Positions 27,101 through 28,812 of a DNA stretch of 28,812 nt are shown piece after piece. A model generated the notes under the pieces. It ran no database searches and had not been told where the DNA came from. It saw only the letters and a list, made by a program, of their open reading frames with translations. Positions within the stretch are counted from its first letter, which is position 1; every line of letters begins with the position of its first letter. The stretch comes from a virus (taxonomy: Duplodnaviria; Caudoviricetes), in IMG/VR virus record IMGVR_UViG_3300020469_000189, positions 1 through 28,812 of that record; one strand, given 5' to 3'. A program made the translations under genes and the position numbers.

Positions 27101-28812
27101 TGGCGTTTGCTCCGACTTCATCATCATTGTCTATTTTTACTTTATTTGTGAATGAAGTGATAGCAAAGGTTCCAGCATTATTAGCTACTTTTGCGATTAC
27201 TGCATCTGAAGAAGAATCTATTCTTAATGCTTGTCTAAATATATTTTTACCAGAGTATGCTCTTGAAGGTGCAGAACTTATATTCATACTTGTATCACTT
27301 TCTATATAAGATACTGTAGAATAGAATCTTGTTGCTCCTGCAACATCTACTATAACTACATCTCCTGCTCTAAAATCTGTTGTGAACGCTGTACTCGTTC
27401 CTGTTATTGTACTAGACCCAGCTGGTAAAGCTATTGTTCCAGTTGCTTGTACTATATCATTATTTGACTCTCCGAGTCTTTTCATAAATGTATATAGTAT
27501 TTTATTACCATTAACATCTGCAGCATCTTCATCCGTATGTAAATGTATTGCTTGTAATGGGTCTGACCTTGTAGTTCCTCTATCTAAGGCTCCATCATAG
27601 TCAAATAATAGATAACCAGTTTCTCCATTTGCTAAGTTATTAAAACCTGCCTGTGTGGTAAAATTAGTGTTTGCACTTGCGAAAGCTAATCCTTCTGCTC
27701 CATTTAATGGTTGGTATGAGTATGTGTTATTTGAAAAAGTTATAGTACCATTTGAAGTATTGATATTTTGAGTAGCAGTTAATAAACCACCTCTTACAAT
27801 ACTACCATTTAATCCTGCTGGTATAATATCCGCAGAAAAAGGCGCTAGACTAGAGACATCAAAGTCTACTTTTGTTTGTATGTAAGAAGATGTTTGTCCA
27901 CTTGTATTTCTTGTTTGAACTCTTAATATGTATTCATCTCCAACTACTACATTTCGTATAGTATAGGAAACTTGTTTGTCTACATCTATTTTTACAAATT
28001 CATCGTGATTTGGGTCATGGGCTTCAGTCTGTGCATTATGTTGTATTCTATATCCTGCTAAATGTTCGTATACATCAGTTAAAGTATTACCATCACTATC
28101 TGTTCTAGTAGAAGTAGGATGAGTCCAAGATAATAAAATATCATAACCAGATACTCCCGCATCTAATGTTGTATTGTCTCCACCACTAGGTATTATAGCC
28201 GCTGTTAGATTTTGAGGTACTGGTACTTCTTCTGATCTTTTTGGTTTTCTTAATTCTGCTGGAAGTTCTGGTATTTCATATCCTCTATCTACTGCATTGA
28301 ACTTTTTAACATTGTATTCAGCAGCATTAATATCGAAAGTCATTTCATCACTATTTTCTTTTAATGAAGTAATAATATATTGTTTTATGTTCCCAGTTAC
28401 CTCTACACCTTTGTCTGTTTCTCCAGATATAGCATAGATAACTTCTCCATTTGGTACAGAACTAAATGCACTTGATACAGTTATTGAGGTTGAATTAAAA
28501 GAACTTACTGGTTGTGTTTCTACTCTAACTTCTTCTGAGTAATACATCTGTACTAAAGCACCTGCATCATCTTTAACGTTTCTTGCTTTTTCTTCGTTGT
28601 CAATAGCTCCACCATCCTCGTCAACTAATACTAAATCTCCTTCTCTATAAACTACGGAATTAATAGTTGCTGTCTGTTGAGTTAAATATGCACCACCGCT
28701 AGGATATATTAAATGTAATTCATAACTATTATTTGAATTTAAAGTACTTGATAAATCTCTATCTGTTTTTATTACTGTAGTAGTTGAATTTGATGCAGTT
28801 GTAACTCTACCA
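24105..28812 (-). CDS. 5'-truncated large tail-tip / central fibre protein with FN3-like domain, repeat shaft and C-terminal Hint domain
   Basis: Frame stays open from 28547 to the window end. Tip-J-like I.AAEYN..KF segment, FN3-like LSWTHP..GYRIQ..YILRVQTRN..G.TS, IAANSI repeats, poly-Gly linker, Hint domain. Confidence 0.8.
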   Translation of the reverse strand, partial: GRVTTASNSTTTVIKTDRDLSSTLNSNNSYELHLIYPSGGAYLTQQTATINSVVYREGDLVLVDEDGGAIDNEEKARNVKDDAGALVQMYYSEEVRVETQPVSSFNSTSITVSSAFSSVPNGEVIYAISGETDKGVEVTGNIKQYIITSLKENSDEMTFDINAAEYNVKKFNAVDRGYEIPELPAELRKPKRSEEVPVPQNLTAAIIPSGGDNTTLDAGVSGYDILLSWTHPTSTRTDSDGNTLTDVYEHLAGYRIQHNAQTEAHDPNHDEFVKIDVDKQVSYTIRNVVVGDEYILRVQTRNTSGQTSSYIQTKVDFDVSSLAPFSADIIPAGLNGSIVRGGLLTATQNINTSNGTITFSNNTYSYQPLNGAEGLAFASANTNFTTQAGFNNLANGETGYLLFDYDGALDRGTTRSDPLQAIHLHTDEDAADVNGNKILYTFMKRLGESNNDIVQATGTIALPAGSSTITGTSTAFTTDFRAGDVVIVDVAGATRFYSTVSYIESDTSMNISSAPSRAYSGKNIFRQALRIDSSSDAVIAKVANNAGTFAITSFTNKVKIDNDDEVGANAIGSVQIAGNSIGGVQIAANSISAVAIVSNAIGSSEISANSIGEANIIAGAIGSSEIAANAIGAVNISANAIGTSEIAANSIGGIAIATNAIGSSEISANSIGTVAITANSITAAQLTSDAVGAFTVTANSITGVELASNSVGSIQIGANTINNAEISANSVTSASIAANSVNGTILLGNSVGSSEIAINSVNGIIIQNGAVDTDQVAGNAITTVGVAANAIVNASVASNAINVDSIAANSIENAQLKSNSVTAAIIQANAIGNSEIAANSVNAVVIAANAIESNQLKANSVNAIVIAANSIENNQIAINSVTSLVIQNDSVNGDHVQANSITAAKIVANSITNAEISATGAIDIAKISIGTGSIDIAKIAIGTGDIGIAKIAIGTGSIDIAKIAIGTGDIDIAKIAIGTGSIDIAKIAIGTGSIDIAKIAIGTGSIDFAKISVGNGDITNAMIAANAINSAKISACSINTAEINSNAITNAKISSTDSMTLTVGGGSAGGWALTGTTFASTNASGAANATFASAGITLGSAGFISAKEFYIDTSGNAKFKGTLEGDDVTVNGTLTTANITLNSTGANTTGTTIGTFYENDYNYRLIGTVGTGAGYYVGNIVISGIGGISHVKSMHFHVSDNSSFVTTVGTQDQNVVQQGESNPFSTRLVRNIDGYVHESRIFASEVSSNNPDQSSRTQGSIPVSFKYPGTGTVKLYIYAQGDNNSSRLGFVRYNFVKFGTTDPLFSFTNITGAALSTTYYANSQVTGGFTGTKTVSSSAQYSIDGGSFVTGNSQIANGSYINIAHTSSGSNLTLSQVSATIGGFEETFQVTTGGTSGGGGGGGSGGGGGGGCLVYGSNIRMADGTTKKVQDIAVGDSLQAVTDTTLDESNEDAYKTWTATSLVNASKTTSVVKAIGVDSYTWFYRINETLHATYEHPFLILRGETYMWKTAEDIILGDFLVTDNLVLEKVWRKQRVDEEVQTYNIDVEDADTYITENYVTHNALAIKE
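24126..24578 (-). other. Hint (intein-like) autoprocessing domain, ~151 aa, no homing endonuclease
   Basis: Block A CLVYGS.I.MADG..K.VQDI.VGD, block B TYEHPF, block F YNIDVEDADTY, terminal THN followed by Ala. Confidence 0.88.
25767..26054 (-). repeat. coding tandem repeat, 8 x 36 bp (G[S/D/A]IDIAKIAIGT)
   Basis: Units such as atagctatttttgctatgtctatagaacctgtacca repeat directly on the + strand. Confidence 0.9.

Noticed and set aside
18298-27600. Multiple + strand ORFs antisense to the fibre genes
   Set aside because: Shadow ORFs of Ala/Ile/Ser/Thr-rich repeat coding; no independent features.

Overview
AT-rich fragment of a T5-like (Demerecviridae-type) tailed phage genome, probably from an aquatic or marine host (inferred from gene content). 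The + strand arm (1-12694) follows T5 replication synteny: D11-like ssDNA-binding protein, D12/D13 SbcD/SbcC nuclease, D14 resolvase-like and D15 flap endonuclease. Inserted into it are a peroxiredoxin, a cytochrome c, a glutaredoxin, class Ia ribonucleotide reductase and a glycosylation cassette (GT8-like, radical SAM, SDR, GT29-like). The convergent - strand arm carries the 3' part of a large tail-tip protein ending in a poly-Gly linker and Hint domain. It then carries an ~11 kb operon behind its own sigma70 promoter: a chain of fibre/adaptor modules, a 914-aa Thr-rich protein and two more glycosyltransferase-like genes. The main find is that the Thr-rich protein is a self-complementary 'protein palindrome'. 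Across ~390 residues per arm, bulky residues mirror each other at i+j=930 around a central DPEQG turn, nearly always pairing an aromatic residue with Arg/Gln/Lys/His. This suggests one ~130 nm antiparallel beta-hairpin appendage, possibly glycosylated by the neighbouring enzymes. All annotations come from motif recognition by eye; no searches were run.
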